The translations under genes were made by a program, and so were the position numbers. From NCBI GenBank assembly GCA_964531335.1, contig CAZHEV010000012.1, positions 34,866 through 98,865 on the forward strand: a stretch of DNA of 64,000 nt, in the 5' to 3' direction. The notes beneath the pieces were generated by a model. That model saw only the letters and a list, made by a program, of their open reading frames with translations, was not told the DNA's origin and searched no databases. The DNA comes from an uncultured bacterium (lineage in GTDB: Bacteria > Eisenbacteria > RBG-16-71-46 > CAZHEV01). The stretch's first letter is position 1. Each line of letters begins with the position of its first letter. Of the stretch, positions 9,478-21,474 are shown one piece after another.

Positions 9478-10695
9478 ATGAGCATAAGCCGTATCGCAAG
9501 GAGCATCGGAGAGTCGGCGACCCTGGTCCTGAACGCCAAGGCGGCCGCGCTGAGGGCGGAGGGCAAAGGCGTCATTCATCTTGGCGGCGGAGAGCCCAAG
9601 GACAAGGCGCCGGCGGCGGCGATAGAGAAGGCCTCGGAGGTCCTGAAGACGGGCGAGGTGCGCTACTCGCCTTCGGCGGGGATTCCCGCGCTAAGACAGG
9701 CGGTGGTCGAGTATACGGAGAAGCTCTACGGACACCAGGTTGGACCTGAGAACGTGATGGCGGCCGGCGGGGCCAAGCACGCCCTGATGTGCTGCCTGGA
9801 GGCCACCGTCGATCCCCGGGACGAGGTCATATTCCCGGTGCCGTACTGGGTGAGCTACCCGGAGATGGTGAAGCTCTGCGGCGCCAAGCCCGTCCCCGCG
9901 CCGGCCGGGGATGGGAGCCTGAGGCCTTCCGTGGAGGACATCGAGCGGAGGGTGACCGGCTCGACAAAGGCGGTGATAATCAACAGCCCGAACAACCCCT
10001 CCGGAGTGATGTACTCCGCCGAGTTCATAAGAGGGGCGGTCGAGCTTTGCGAGAGCCGCGGCATATATCTGATAATGGATGACATATATCACAGGCTGAT
10101 CTTCGACGGGCGCGAGCCCGTGAGCTGTTACAAGTTCGCGAAGGACCTCGGTGAGGATTCGAAGCTGGTGGTGGTCAACGGGGTCAGCAAGCAATACGCC
10201 ATGACGGGCTTCAGGCTCGGATGGTCGGTCGCCAACGCGGGGCTGACCAAGATCATGACGGACATCCAGTCGCACGAGACCTCGGGGTCGTCCACCATCT
10301 CGCAGCACGCCGCGGTGGGTGCGCTCACCGGTCCGCAGAACTGCGTGGAGGATCTGCGCGGGAAGCTGGAAAGAAACCGGGACGCATTGATGGAGGCGCT
10401 CAGGCCCTTCGACGGCATTGGGGTGGAGAGGCCCGACGGCACCTTCTACTGTTTCGTCGATTTCAGGCACTACGACGGAGATTCCAAGCGACTCTGCGAT
10501 TTTATTCTCGAAAAGGCGCTTGTGGTCACGATTCCCGGGATCGACTTCGGTATGGACGGCTTCCTCAGGATCAGCTACTGCGGATCCGCTGAGGAAGTGG
10601 TCGAGGGAGTCCGTCGCATCCGGTGGGCGCTGGACCCCGCTTCGCCGAAGGAGATCCAGATAGGCGATCGCCGCCGGGTCAGGGATTGGACGTGA
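9478..10695 (+). CDS. pyridoxal-phosphate-dependent aminotransferase, class I (aspartate aminotransferase-like)
   Basis: A 405-aa ORF with INSPNNPSG and the PLP-lysine motif SKQYAMTGFRLGW. GAGG lies upstream of ATG 9478. Confidence 0.9.
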   Translation: MSISRIARSIGESATLVLNAKAAALRAEGKGVIHLGGGEPKDKAPAAAIEKASEVLKTGEVRYSPSAGIPALRQAVVEYTEKLYGHQVGPENVMAAGGAKHALMCCLEATVDPRDEVIFPVPYWVSYPEMVKLCGAKPVPAPAGDGSLRPSVEDIERRVTGSTKAVIINSPNNPSGVMYSAEFIRGAVELCESRGIYLIMDDIYHRLIFDGREPVSCYKFAKDLGEDSKLVVVNGVSKQYAMTGFRLGWSVANAGLTKIMTDIQSHETSGSSTISQHAAVGALTGPQNCVEDLRGKLERNRDALMEALRPFDGIGVERPDGTFYCFVDFRHYDGDSKRLCDFILEKALVVTIPGIDFGMDGFLRISYCGSAEEVVEGVRRIRWALDPASPKEIQIGDRRRVRDWT

Positions 10696-10727
10696 CAGCC
10701 GGCCTCTTGTCCACTCTCATCGGTCGC

Positions 10728-11891
10728 ATGACGCCCTTTGCAAGGCGCGTCTCCGAGCCTACCTACGCGCGGGACACAACCGGGCGAATAGAACGGTGGG
10801 ATGAAAGGGACACTCTCTTCGCCCGCAGGGACCTCTTTCGGTTCTTCGGACCCGATTCGCCGCAGTATCAGGCATACTACCAGGACCATCGCGATTCTCT
10901 CGAATACGACAAGGCCATAGACAACATGGGCGCCCTGGGGCGCACGGGCGCGGTCGACGCGCCGATGTTCGAGGCGCAATTCGAGTGCGCCAGGGACCTG
11001 GGCCTTGAAGCCTTCGTCGACGGCGAACCGGCCTCGCCGGCGCGGGAGGTATCTCCGGAGCGGGCGGCGGCCAAGGTCAAGGAGCTGGCCCTGGGACTGG
11101 GCTCGGACCTCGTGGGCATAGGGCCGCTGCGCCGGGAGTGGGTCTACACGCACGCCGGGCGATCGTTCGGGGACAGGGATGGATACGCGAGGTGGGGGAG
11201 CCCCGTCGATCTAAGCGGTCACACGACGGCCATCGCCCTCGGTTTCGCGATGGACTATGACCTGCTTCGATGCGCGCCCGACTTTCCGATTCTCCTCGCG
11301 ACGGCGAAGGGCTACGGCATGGGGGCGTGGGTATCGGTGCAGCTTGCCCGTTACATCCGAATGCTCGGGTACTCCGCCCGCGCTCATCACATGTACAACT
11401 ACGGGATTTTGGCCGTGCCGGTCGCGGTCGATTGCGGACTGGGCGAGCTCTCGAGGGCGGGATACCTCATGACCAAGGAGTTCGGCTTGGGGCTCAGGAT
11501 TGCCGCCGTCACGACGGATATGCCTCTTCTTCACGACCGTCCGGTCGATCTCGCGGTGCAGTCCTTCTGCGACTCTTGCAGGATATGCGCCGAAAACTGC
11601 CCGATCGGGGCCATACCGCATGGAGAGAAAAGAGAGTACAACGGGCTGTTGAAATGGAAGCTCGACGAGGAGAAGTGCTACCGCTACTGGCACGCGGTGG
11701 GAACGGACTGCTCCCTGTGCATGGTAACCTGCCCCTGGACAAGGCCGAGGAACTGGCTTCACAGGGCCATGTCGTCGGTGGCCGTCATGCCGGGGCGTCA
11801 CCAGTCATGGATGGCCCAGGCGGAGAAGATCTTCTATGGGGGTTTCAAGACCGCGGCGCGCCCCAAGTTCCTGGAGCCCGGGAATCGATGA
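10728..11891 (+). CDS. reductive dehalogenase/QueG-superfamily protein with two 4Fe-4S motifs
   Basis: ORF 10623-11891. The C-terminus has CDSCRICAENCPIGAI and CSLCMVTCPW cluster motifs, and AKVKELALGLGSDLVGIGP is typical of the RdhA/QueG N-domains. There is no twin-arginine signal. The start is uncertain: ATG 10728, or GTG 10692 overlapping the upstream stop. Confidence 0.7.
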   Translation: MTPFARRVSEPTYARDTTGRIERWDERDTLFARRDLFRFFGPDSPQYQAYYQDHRDSLEYDKAIDNMGALGRTGAVDAPMFEAQFECARDLGLEAFVDGEPASPAREVSPERAAAKVKELALGLGSDLVGIGPLRREWVYTHAGRSFGDRDGYARWGSPVDLSGHTTAIALGFAMDYDLLRCAPDFPILLATAKGYGMGAWVSVQLARYIRMLGYSARAHHMYNYGILAVPVAVDCGLGELSRAGYLMTKEFGLGLRIAAVTTDMPLLHDRPVDLAVQSFCDSCRICAENCPIGAIPHGEKREYNGLLKWKLDEEKCYRYWHAVGTDCSLCMVTCPWTRPRNWLHRAMSSVAVMPGRHQSWMAQAEKIFYGGFKTAARPKFLEPGNR

Positions 11892-11984
11892 TGTCCGCGG
11901 GGGCCTGTGCCCGCGGGCGTTCCGCGCGACAGGCGGCGACTGGAGCCGGCTTGGTCCGAGGCCGGGAGAGGAACGACGTCGAAG

Positions 11985-12260
11985 ATGACGAAGATGTGGA
12001 GCATATTGTCCGCCTTTTTCGTGGTGGCCGCGTGGTGGGCTCACTCGTTTTTCCATGGCGCGGGCGTGGACTTCACCGCGCTTCACTGGGTCGTGCTGCT
12101 GGTGTGGCTGATCTGGGTCTTCTTCGGCGCGGCGGTTGTCTGGACCTTCCTGGGCGAGCGTGAGCCCAGGGCCGCCGGCGTCAGCGCCGCCCTGTTCGGC
12201 GCGGGCGCGCTCGTGATAGGGGCCGTTCTGCTGGTGATCTTTCGTCTCACATCCGCGTGA
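11985..12260 (+). CDS. small integral membrane protein (about 91 aa, 3 predicted TM helices)
   Basis: ORF 11907-12260. From ATG 11985 the product MTKMWSILSAFFVVAAWW...VVLLVWLIWVFFGAAVVW...ALFGAGALVIGAVLLVIF has three hydrophobic stretches. It lies directly downstream of the RdhA-like gene. Confidence 0.55.
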   Translation: MTKMWSILSAFFVVAAWWAHSFFHGAGVDFTALHWVVLLVWLIWVFFGAAVVWTFLGEREPRAAGVSAALFGAGALVIGAVLLVIFRLTSA

Positions 12261-12410
12261 CCGGAGTCGGCTGATCGACAAGTGGTGTAGTTACAAACTG
12301 ATACAGAAAGCGGCGGAACAAAACCGGCTTGACAGGGACCCTGTGGCGGGCCATTGTATTTCAGCTCACAACGGGCGTACTCGGCAATGCAATGTTAGGA
12401 GGACCGGACG

Positions 12411-15158
<2,748 letters not shown>

Positions 15159-15160
15159 GG

Positions 15161-16963
15161 GTGCTATTGAATGAACACAGCACAGCGCGAAGAACCGCCT
15201 GGGCGATAATAATAGTCAAAGTAATCGCGCTGGCCGCGCTCGCCGCCTTGTCGCTCAGGGCGTCGCTGCTTCCCTATGACATGGTGAAGGCCAGGCTCGA
15301 CTCCATGGCGGCCGACAGGATGGCCGAGGAGTTCGACGCGGCGGCCTTCTCCGAGCTCGTCTCCAGGCTCCGCGCGTTCGGGGTCGCGCTCATCGTCGTC
15401 GCCGCTCTGATCGTCATTTTCCGCAGGCCGCTTAGCAGATGGCTCGAAGGCCTCTTTCTCTCCCTGGGGACGCTTTGGCGCGACTTCCGGGAGGCCTGCG
15501 TTCTGAGCCGGGAGGGTCGGTTTCACGTGATCGCCTTCTGGACAGTGACGGCGGCAGCCCTGGCGTTGAGACTTCTGTTTATCAATCAGCCCATAAGGTA
15601 CGACGAGGCGCATTCTTTCATGTACTACGCGTCACGTCCGATCGTGGTGGGCCTATCCAACTACGCCTCGGTGAACAATCACCTCTTTCACACGCTACTT
15701 GTCCACATCTCCTATTCCATCTTTGGAAACGAGGAGTGGGCGTTGAGGCTTCCCGCGCTTGTTGCGGGTCTGCTGCTCGTGCCCGCGACTTACATGGCGG
15801 CTCGGATGCTCTACGACAAGAACGCCGCGATACTGGCCGCCTCGCTGGTCGCCGCCTCGTCCGCGCTGATCGAGTTCTCCACGAACGCGAGGGGCTACTC
15901 GCTCATCTGCCTCGTATTCATGCTTCTTCTCTCGCTCGCGGTGTACCTCAAGAATAGGGGAGGGACCGGGGGCTGGGTTCTCTTCACCGTCCTCTCGGCG
16001 GTGGGGTTCTATACGATTCCCGTGATGCTCTATCCCTTCGGGATAGTGTGCGTCTGGCTTTTCCTCTCGGCTGTGTTCAAGGATACGCGGACCGCGCCGG
16101 CGCCCTTCATAAGAAACCTTGTCCTGGCGGGGCTTTTCGCGGCCGCCATAACGCTGATTCTCTACACGCCCGTCTTCGTGGCGTCCGGCTTCGAGGCGGT
16201 GTTCGGCATTCCCTCCCTGGCGGCCGAGGCGGCGGGGGGCTGGCGGGGGTTCGCCTCCGGGATCGTGCTGAGAGTGGAGGCCTTCTGGGCGCAGTGGAAC
16301 CGCGACTTCCCGGCGTCGGTCGGCGCAATCCTGGCGGCGGGGTTCGTGATATCGCTGGTGCTGCACCGCAGCCTGGCAAGACACAAGGTGCCGCTCATCA
16401 TAGCCGTGCTCTTTTGGGTTGTGCCCGTGCTCGTGATCATGCGCGCGCTGCCCTGGCCGCGCGTGTGGCTGTACTTGCTGCCGCTTTACTTCATCGTCGT
16501 CTCCGCCGGTCTGGCGTTCCTATTCGGGGTCACGGCGATGTTGCTTCGCCGGAGGCCCTCCACGATCTGCGCGATCATGGCCCTCCACGTCGTGATAGGA
16601 ATAGGCGCGAGCGTGGCCTACAGCCGTTCCGTCTACTACTCCGAGGAGACGGGCACGCTGAGAAACGCGGAGGAGATAGCCCTCACCTTCGGCCCGGAGC
16701 TGGGGCCAAGGGACAAGCTGCTCGCCTTCGCTCCGGCCGGCGCGCCGCTGCTCTACTACTTCAAGAAGCACGACATCCCGACCGAGAGGCTGGTCGCCGA
16801 GGACCGCGACCGCTGGCAGAAGGTCTACGTGGTGGTCGACGTCCCCACGCACGATCTCGACTGGGTGCTCTCAAGGACCCGCCTGGACGTGGACTCCTAC
16901 CGCGAGCCCGAGCTGGTCGAAGAGTACGAATTCGCGGAGATATACCTCTTCGAGAGACGGTAG
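15161..16963 (+). CDS. GT-C fold membrane glycosyltransferase (ArnT/PMT-like, GT39/GT83-type)
   Basis: A 600-aa ORF starting at GTG, with more than 10 hydrophobic helices and an RYDEAHSFMYY acidic loop motif after the early TM helices, as in ArnT/PMT enzymes. Confidence 0.75.
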   Translation: MLLNEHSTARRTAWAIIIVKVIALAALAALSLRASLLPYDMVKARLDSMAADRMAEEFDAAAFSELVSRLRAFGVALIVVAALIVIFRRPLSRWLEGLFLSLGTLWRDFREACVLSREGRFHVIAFWTVTAAALALRLLFINQPIRYDEAHSFMYYASRPIVVGLSNYASVNNHLFHTLLVHISYSIFGNEEWALRLPALVAGLLLVPATYMAARMLYDKNAAILAASLVAASSALIEFSTNARGYSLICLVFMLLLSLAVYLKNRGGTGGWVLFTVLSAVGFYTIPVMLYPFGIVCVWLFLSAVFKDTRTAPAPFIRNLVLAGLFAAAITLILYTPVFVASGFEAVFGIPSLAAEAAGGWRGFASGIVLRVEAFWAQWNRDFPASVGAILAAGFVISLVLHRSLARHKVPLIIAVLFWVVPVLVIMRALPWPRVWLYLLPLYFIVVSAGLAFLFGVTAMLLRRRPSTICAIMALHVVIGIGASVAYSRSVYYSEETGTLRNAEEIALTFGPELGPRDKLLAFAPAGAPLLYYFKKHDIPTERLVAEDRDRWQKVYVVVDVPTHDLDWVLSRTRLDVDSYREPELVEEYEFAEIYLFERR

Positions 16964-17286
16964 ATCCTGTGCGCCGGATGCTGTTATATCGGGACAATGC
17001 CTCTTTTATGTGCTGCTCCCGTGATGAGCGCGGCGGTTTCTGGTCCATCGTCTCAGCCGGTTCATCTCACGACGATTAGCTTGCTTGCCAACGACCTGCC
17101 GTCGAAATTTGGATTGAGACAATAGAACCGAATGAAACCGGCTGTCTGCGGGACCCACGCCGTCCCACTGAGCCTTCTGTATTCCCGCTATGGGGGCCCA
17201 CGACAAGAGCCCAAGAATTCTTAACCTTACGTCAAAGACTCTGATGAAAGCGTCTTCCACGGGCACGGCGCTAAGATATTACTCTC

Positions 17287-17315
17287 TTGCCACACAAGCA
17301 TATTAGTGATATAAT
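17287..17315 (+). promoter_or_regulatory. near-consensus sigma70-like promoter (TTGCCA-17 nt-TATAAT)
   Basis: TTGCCA at 17287-17292, a 17-nt spacer and TATAAT at 17310-17315 lie in the AT-rich spacer about 240 nt upstream of the 17557 start. Confidence 0.45.
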
Positions 17316-17556
17316 ACACGTGCCTCGGATTCGCGGAGGCATTGTGAGGTTGTCGAGATCCAACGCAAACGGCCCTGGAGGCGGAAGCAGATTCGAGGGG
17401 AGTGCTTTGTATGCTGCACCACGTGCAAAGGCAAGGCCGTGTGCCAGCACTAGCCAATTAATATCAATGGTCCATAAGTTCAGCTGATACTTGAGAGCGT
17501 CAGAAAGTAAGCGCTTTAAGTCGCCGTCTGCTCTGCGGCTTTGTGATTGCGAGGCA

Positions 17557-20445
17557 ATGATGGAGGCTGCCAGGTCGTGGTCTTGTGTCGCAGTATCGCT
17601 GTGTTCATTTATAGTGTGCGCTGTGTCCTGCGGATTGCCGGCCATCGTAGAAGGCGGATCTACCAGATTGTCACTCCATACAACCAGAAGTCCTACAGAC
17701 AACAAGGGCGATTGGACTGATGGAGCGGGCGCTTATGGCGACGCAGGAACAAGTGCAGTATCAGTTGAAACCAATGCGTTCCATGAGTTCTTCGATTTCA
17801 ACTTTGATTTGCCACAACAAGCATTGATAACCGGCATTGTAGTAGAGGATGATAGCTGGTATTCCGGACACATTGCTCAGCCGGAAATTACGATACTACT
17901 CTCCTGGGATGGGGGCTATAACTGGACAAGTGGCGTCTCGCATTCGCTTGAGAGCGCGGAGCTCACGTATCCAACAGGCTCGCCAACAGGTACATGGGGC
18001 GAGAAATGGCTGCCCGGCGAGCTTAACAGTAGTGACTTTAGAGTTGCAGTAAAGTCAGCCTCGGGCCTTATTGTCCAAGGAAGCAGCTTTAGACTGGACT
18101 GGATCAGGGTGACTATACACTATACGGTACCCTTTGATGATACTCCTCCGCTCTTGCAACTCCAAAGTCCTAGACCGGAGGTGTACAGATGCGGGTTGGG
18201 CATCCCGATAAGGTATTCTGTGTCGGACAACATATCTGTGGATAAGTGCTGGTATACAATCGACGGCAGCAATGCAACTTCTCTGCCCGCCTGCGACGGA
18301 ACCACACTGGACGTTAGAGAAGGGCATCATAGGCTCGATGTATATGCGAGGGACTGGTGCGGAAACGTGCAGCACGGCTGCGTAAGCTTTACGGTAGATT
18401 CCGCCCCTGAGCAACCCATCCTAGCAATTTATGACAGGTCCATGCCCGGAAACTATTATGATCACTACATAAGTGAGATAATGAAGGTGGAGGGAGTAAT
18501 GGGCTTTCAAGTTGTGGATCTGTCTGATTACAGAAGTGGCTCCTATCCCCTGACGAAGTATGACGTCATCATTGTACTGGCAACATCCACGCTTACTCGG
18601 AATGAGACATCTGAGCTCGATGCATATGTCGCAGGTGGCGGGTCGCTCATAGGTATAAAACCCAACCCACAGCTTGCGGATCTCTTTGGAGTTGTGGCGC
18701 TGAACACCGCTATGGCTGGCGGATATGTAGCAGTTGACACTAGTACGGCGATTGGAAGAGGTATCGAACTCCAGCCGATACAGTATCATTCGGACGCTGA
18801 TCTATACCATTTGAACGGTGCCCATGCCCTTGCATGGATTTGCGAGAGACGAGACCGGCCAACGGAACATCCGGCAGTGACAGTTAACAATTACGGGGCA
18901 GGTAATACCGTGCTTTTCACCTATCCGCTTGTAAAGACGGTTGTTCTATTACATCAGGGGAATGATGAATTGCCCGACTTGACCGACGCCGACGGAGACG
19001 GAATATATCGACCACAAGACTACTTCGCAAATGGCTTCTATGACCCAGTGAATGCGACGATTCCGCAGGCGGATGAGCATCAATCACTTCTGGTGAACTC
19101 AGTGTATCACTTGATGTCTGATAAGATGCCCGTGCCGAGGCTCTGGTATTTGCCGGGTGGCGCAAAGGCAATGTGTTTGATACAAAGCGACTCGGGCGGG
19201 GATGATGGTGGACGAGATGTCGAGCTAGAGTTCCACTCGAACATTGTGGAGACCTACGGCGGCCGCTCGCATTACAACATTCTTGATCTCGACATGAGCG
19301 TTCGGCAGTGGGCGGTCTTGATCAACGACGAGCACACCGTGTCCCCCCATGTGTATGTTGGTGACAGGCCATCACTTGATTCAATGAGAAGTGGAATTAG
19401 GCGGGACGTAAATGACTTCCTTAGAAAGTATGGGCGAATGGGCAGAACGCAGGTCACCCATAGCAACGTATTCCCGGGGTACTGGGAGAGTGCGAAGTAC
19501 TTCTCTGATTGTGGACTTAAGATGAGTACACAGAATGGTGCGCCCATCAAAGATTATCCTCACTACGGGTACATGATGGGATCGGCGTTGCCTTTCAGGA
19601 TTGTCAAGAATGAGGAGGGCAATGACATCGTTGATGCATATCAACTGCCAATAGTGATGTCGGACATGGTCATGATTGAATATGGCAATTACACGGAGTC
19701 GGAAGCAATGGAAATAGTCGAGAATCTATTGGATGACTTGGTTAATAACTATCATGGCGTGGCAAGGCTGAATTTCCATGCAAATGGTGTCTATAGCAAT
19801 AATGGGCATTATGAGACGCGATGGTTTACTTCTTGCCTGGAGCTATGTAGGGATAAGTCAATACCTATGCTGTCTTCCGATCGGTTCTATCATTTCTGGA
19901 TGGATCGGATGACAACCGAGTTTCATGACATCCGGTATGATGACAGTCTATTCACCTGCCGGATCATAGGAGCGCCAGATTCGGCAAGGCTGGCGGTTCC
20001 GAGCGAGCTCAGTGAACTAAGAGTCGATTGTATAGAGGTCGACTCAGATGAGACTGGTTATGAGGTTGTCGAAATAGATGGGCGATACTACGCCATGTTT
20101 GCGATTAGCGCGCCAGATTGTAATGTAGCTGTTCATTATAGGTCGTCTGAGTCGGTGTCAGGGCAGGCTTGTCGTTTGTTACAGAATGTGCCGAATCCGT
20201 TCTGTGCGCCGAGTGGCACTAATATTCGTTATGAAGCTGAGAAGAATGGCGAAGTGGAGATTCTGATCTTCGACGCCGCCGGGCGCCTGGTGGGTACACT
20301 ATGCGACAGGGCGCGGGAAGGCATTAACGCTGTCTTCTGGTCAGGCATTAGGCAAAACGGAGATTACGTCGCCCCTGGCGTTTACTTCTATCAGCTGAAT
20401 GCTGAAGGTTTCCATGGACAGCGGAAGATGATACTGGTGTACTGA
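17557..20445 (+). CDS. large secreted multidomain protein with a C-terminal FlgD-Ig/T9SS-type sorting-like domain
   Basis: ORF 17491-20445. ATG 17557 gives a signal peptide (MMEAARSWSCVAVSLCSFIVCAVSCGLPA). Beta-sandwich/Ig-like segments are followed by a C-terminus ...NPFCAPSGTNIRYEAEKNGEVEILIFDAAGRLVGTL...APGVYFYQLNAEGFHGQRKMILVY, which resembles FlgD-Ig/Por-secretion C-terminal domains. GC is much lower than in the flanks. Confidence 0.8.
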   Translation: MMEAARSWSCVAVSLCSFIVCAVSCGLPAIVEGGSTRLSLHTTRSPTDNKGDWTDGAGAYGDAGTSAVSVETNAFHEFFDFNFDLPQQALITGIVVEDDSWYSGHIAQPEITILLSWDGGYNWTSGVSHSLESAELTYPTGSPTGTWGEKWLPGELNSSDFRVAVKSASGLIVQGSSFRLDWIRVTIHYTVPFDDTPPLLQLQSPRPEVYRCGLGIPIRYSVSDNISVDKCWYTIDGSNATSLPACDGTTLDVREGHHRLDVYARDWCGNVQHGCVSFTVDSAPEQPILAIYDRSMPGNYYDHYISEIMKVEGVMGFQVVDLSDYRSGSYPLTKYDVIIVLATSTLTRNETSELDAYVAGGGSLIGIKPNPQLADLFGVVALNTAMAGGYVAVDTSTAIGRGIELQPIQYHSDADLYHLNGAHALAWICERRDRPTEHPAVTVNNYGAGNTVLFTYPLVKTVVLLHQGNDELPDLTDADGDGIYRPQDYFANGFYDPVNATIPQADEHQSLLVNSVYHLMSDKMPVPRLWYLPGGAKAMCLIQSDSGGDDGGRDVELEFHSNIVETYGGRSHYNILDLDMSVRQWAVLINDEHTVSPHVYVGDRPSLDSMRSGIRRDVNDFLRKYGRMGRTQVTHSNVFPGYWESAKYFSDCGLKMSTQNGAPIKDYPHYGYMMGSALPFRIVKNEEGNDIVDAYQLPIVMSDMVMIEYGNYTESEAMEIVENLLDDLVNNYHGVARLNFHANGVYSNNGHYETRWFTSCLELCRDKSIPMLSSDRFYHFWMDRMTTEFHDIRYDDSLFTCRIIGAPDSARLAVPSELSELRVDCIEVDSDETGYEVVEIDGRYYAMFAISAPDCNVAVHYRSSESVSGQACRLLQNVPNPFCAPSGTNIRYEAEKNGEVEILIFDAAGRLVGTLCDRAREGINAVFWSGIRQNGDYVAPGVYFYQLNAEGFHGQRKMILVY

Positions 20446-20595
20446 GCGGGCGTAGTATGCTTGACACCAATTGAAGGAGCGATCGCTCTGCCGTCTTATT
20501 GAAACCATGCTGCCTAGAGGACGTCCTTGTGTTCGCGGGTTTCAATGCACGGTGGGCCGGGGCGGTGCTGGACTGGGCAATACTTCGCGGCGAGG

Positions 20596-21465
20596 CTATC
20601 GCCGCACGAGGTGCGCCACCAAGGCGAGGGCGAGCGCGAAGAAGGTAAAGACCGAGGCGAAGGCGGGAAGGGGATACATCCAGATCCCAGGCCTGGAGAT
20701 GGATGCCGTGCGCTCCTCCCCGATCGTATGCTCGAGCACCCAGTGGATCGCGGGCAGCACCACGGGGATCTTCTTCCAGTTCATGAGCGCGTAGTTGTCG
20801 TAGTCGAATACCTCATATGGGTACGCCGTGTTGGCCCGCGCGTTACGCATGAATAGCGCCCTGTCCTCGCGCAGCTCCTCGGCCGTGGCGGGCGTGCCGT
20901 CCGCGTGCTTGAAGACTATCCCGTAGAGAGGATCGGCGACGGCCCAGCGGCGGTCTATATTCGCGTTTACCACGGCGTGGATTCTATGGTCCAGGCTGTC
21001 CTGCAAAATGAGCGACCGCGAGGGTATCTTGTGGGCGTCGAGAAGCGCCATCACCACCCGCGAGGAGCTCCCGCAGCCCCCCCTGTAGTCGCATCCGTAC
21101 TCGATGACGTCCCTCGCGCTGGGATGGAACGGGTTGAGCTTGTAGTAGAGCTTTACCCAGGTTGACGGAAGATCGTCATAGCCCGGTCTCTCGAGGTCGT
21201 GATAGGCGAACTCCACGAACTTCTCCAGGACCTGCCGGTCGCTGAGGTTCTGGTAGCTCACTATCTCGTCCGCCAGCGCTTCGAAGAACTTCTTGTCCGA
21301 GACATAGGACATGACGGCCAGGGCGTCCACGGCGAGGGCGACCACGACCAGCCAAAGGCCGACCCGCCGCCAGTCTATGCCGTTCTTGCGCTCGGGCGGG
21401 CCGTTGCCGGGGGTCAAGGGCTTCTCGTGGGCCATGCGGGGGCGATTGTCGGACCTGCGTGCCAA
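20596..21465 (-). CDS. membrane-anchored transglutaminase-like cysteine protease-fold protein
   Basis: A 289-aa ORF with an N-terminal TM helix (VGLWLVVVALAVDALAV). The core reads GGCGSSSRVVMALLDAHKIPSRSLIL...HAVVNANIDRRWAVADP, matching the Cys-His-Asp order of transglutaminase-like domains. Confidence 0.65.
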   Translation of the reverse strand: MARRSDNRPRMAHEKPLTPGNGPPERKNGIDWRRVGLWLVVVALAVDALAVMSYVSDKKFFEALADEIVSYQNLSDRQVLEKFVEFAYHDLERPGYDDLPSTWVKLYYKLNPFHPSARDVIEYGCDYRGGCGSSSRVVMALLDAHKIPSRSLILQDSLDHRIHAVVNANIDRRWAVADPLYGIVFKHADGTPATAEELREDRALFMRNARANTAYPYEVFDYDNYALMNWKKIPVVLPAIHWVLEHTIGEERTASISRPGIWMYPLPAFASVFTFFALALALVAHLVRR

Positions 21466-21474
21466 TGTGAGCGA

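Noticed and set aside
11985-12260. Calling the small 3-TM protein an RdhB anchor.
   Set aside because: Only size and topology match. The adjacent RdhA-like protein has no Tat signal, so a respiratory RdhAB complex is not supported. It is kept as a generic membrane protein and flagged as a question.
17096-17103. A shared 8-mer CTGCCGTC near both edges of the low-GC island (17096-17103 and 20488-20495), considered as possible insertion direct repeats.
   Set aside because: It is too short to distinguish from chance, and no integrase or transposase is associated with it.
20477-20488. The perfect 12-nt palindrome GAGCGATCGCTC, which contains the cyanobacterial HIP1 core GCGATCGC, in the convergent intergenic region.
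   Set aside because: I noticed only a handful of GCGATCGC occurrences in the window (e.g. within 10.66, 13.16 and 14.24 kb). That is compatible with chance in GC-rich DNA. A loop-less 12-mer is not a convincing terminator.
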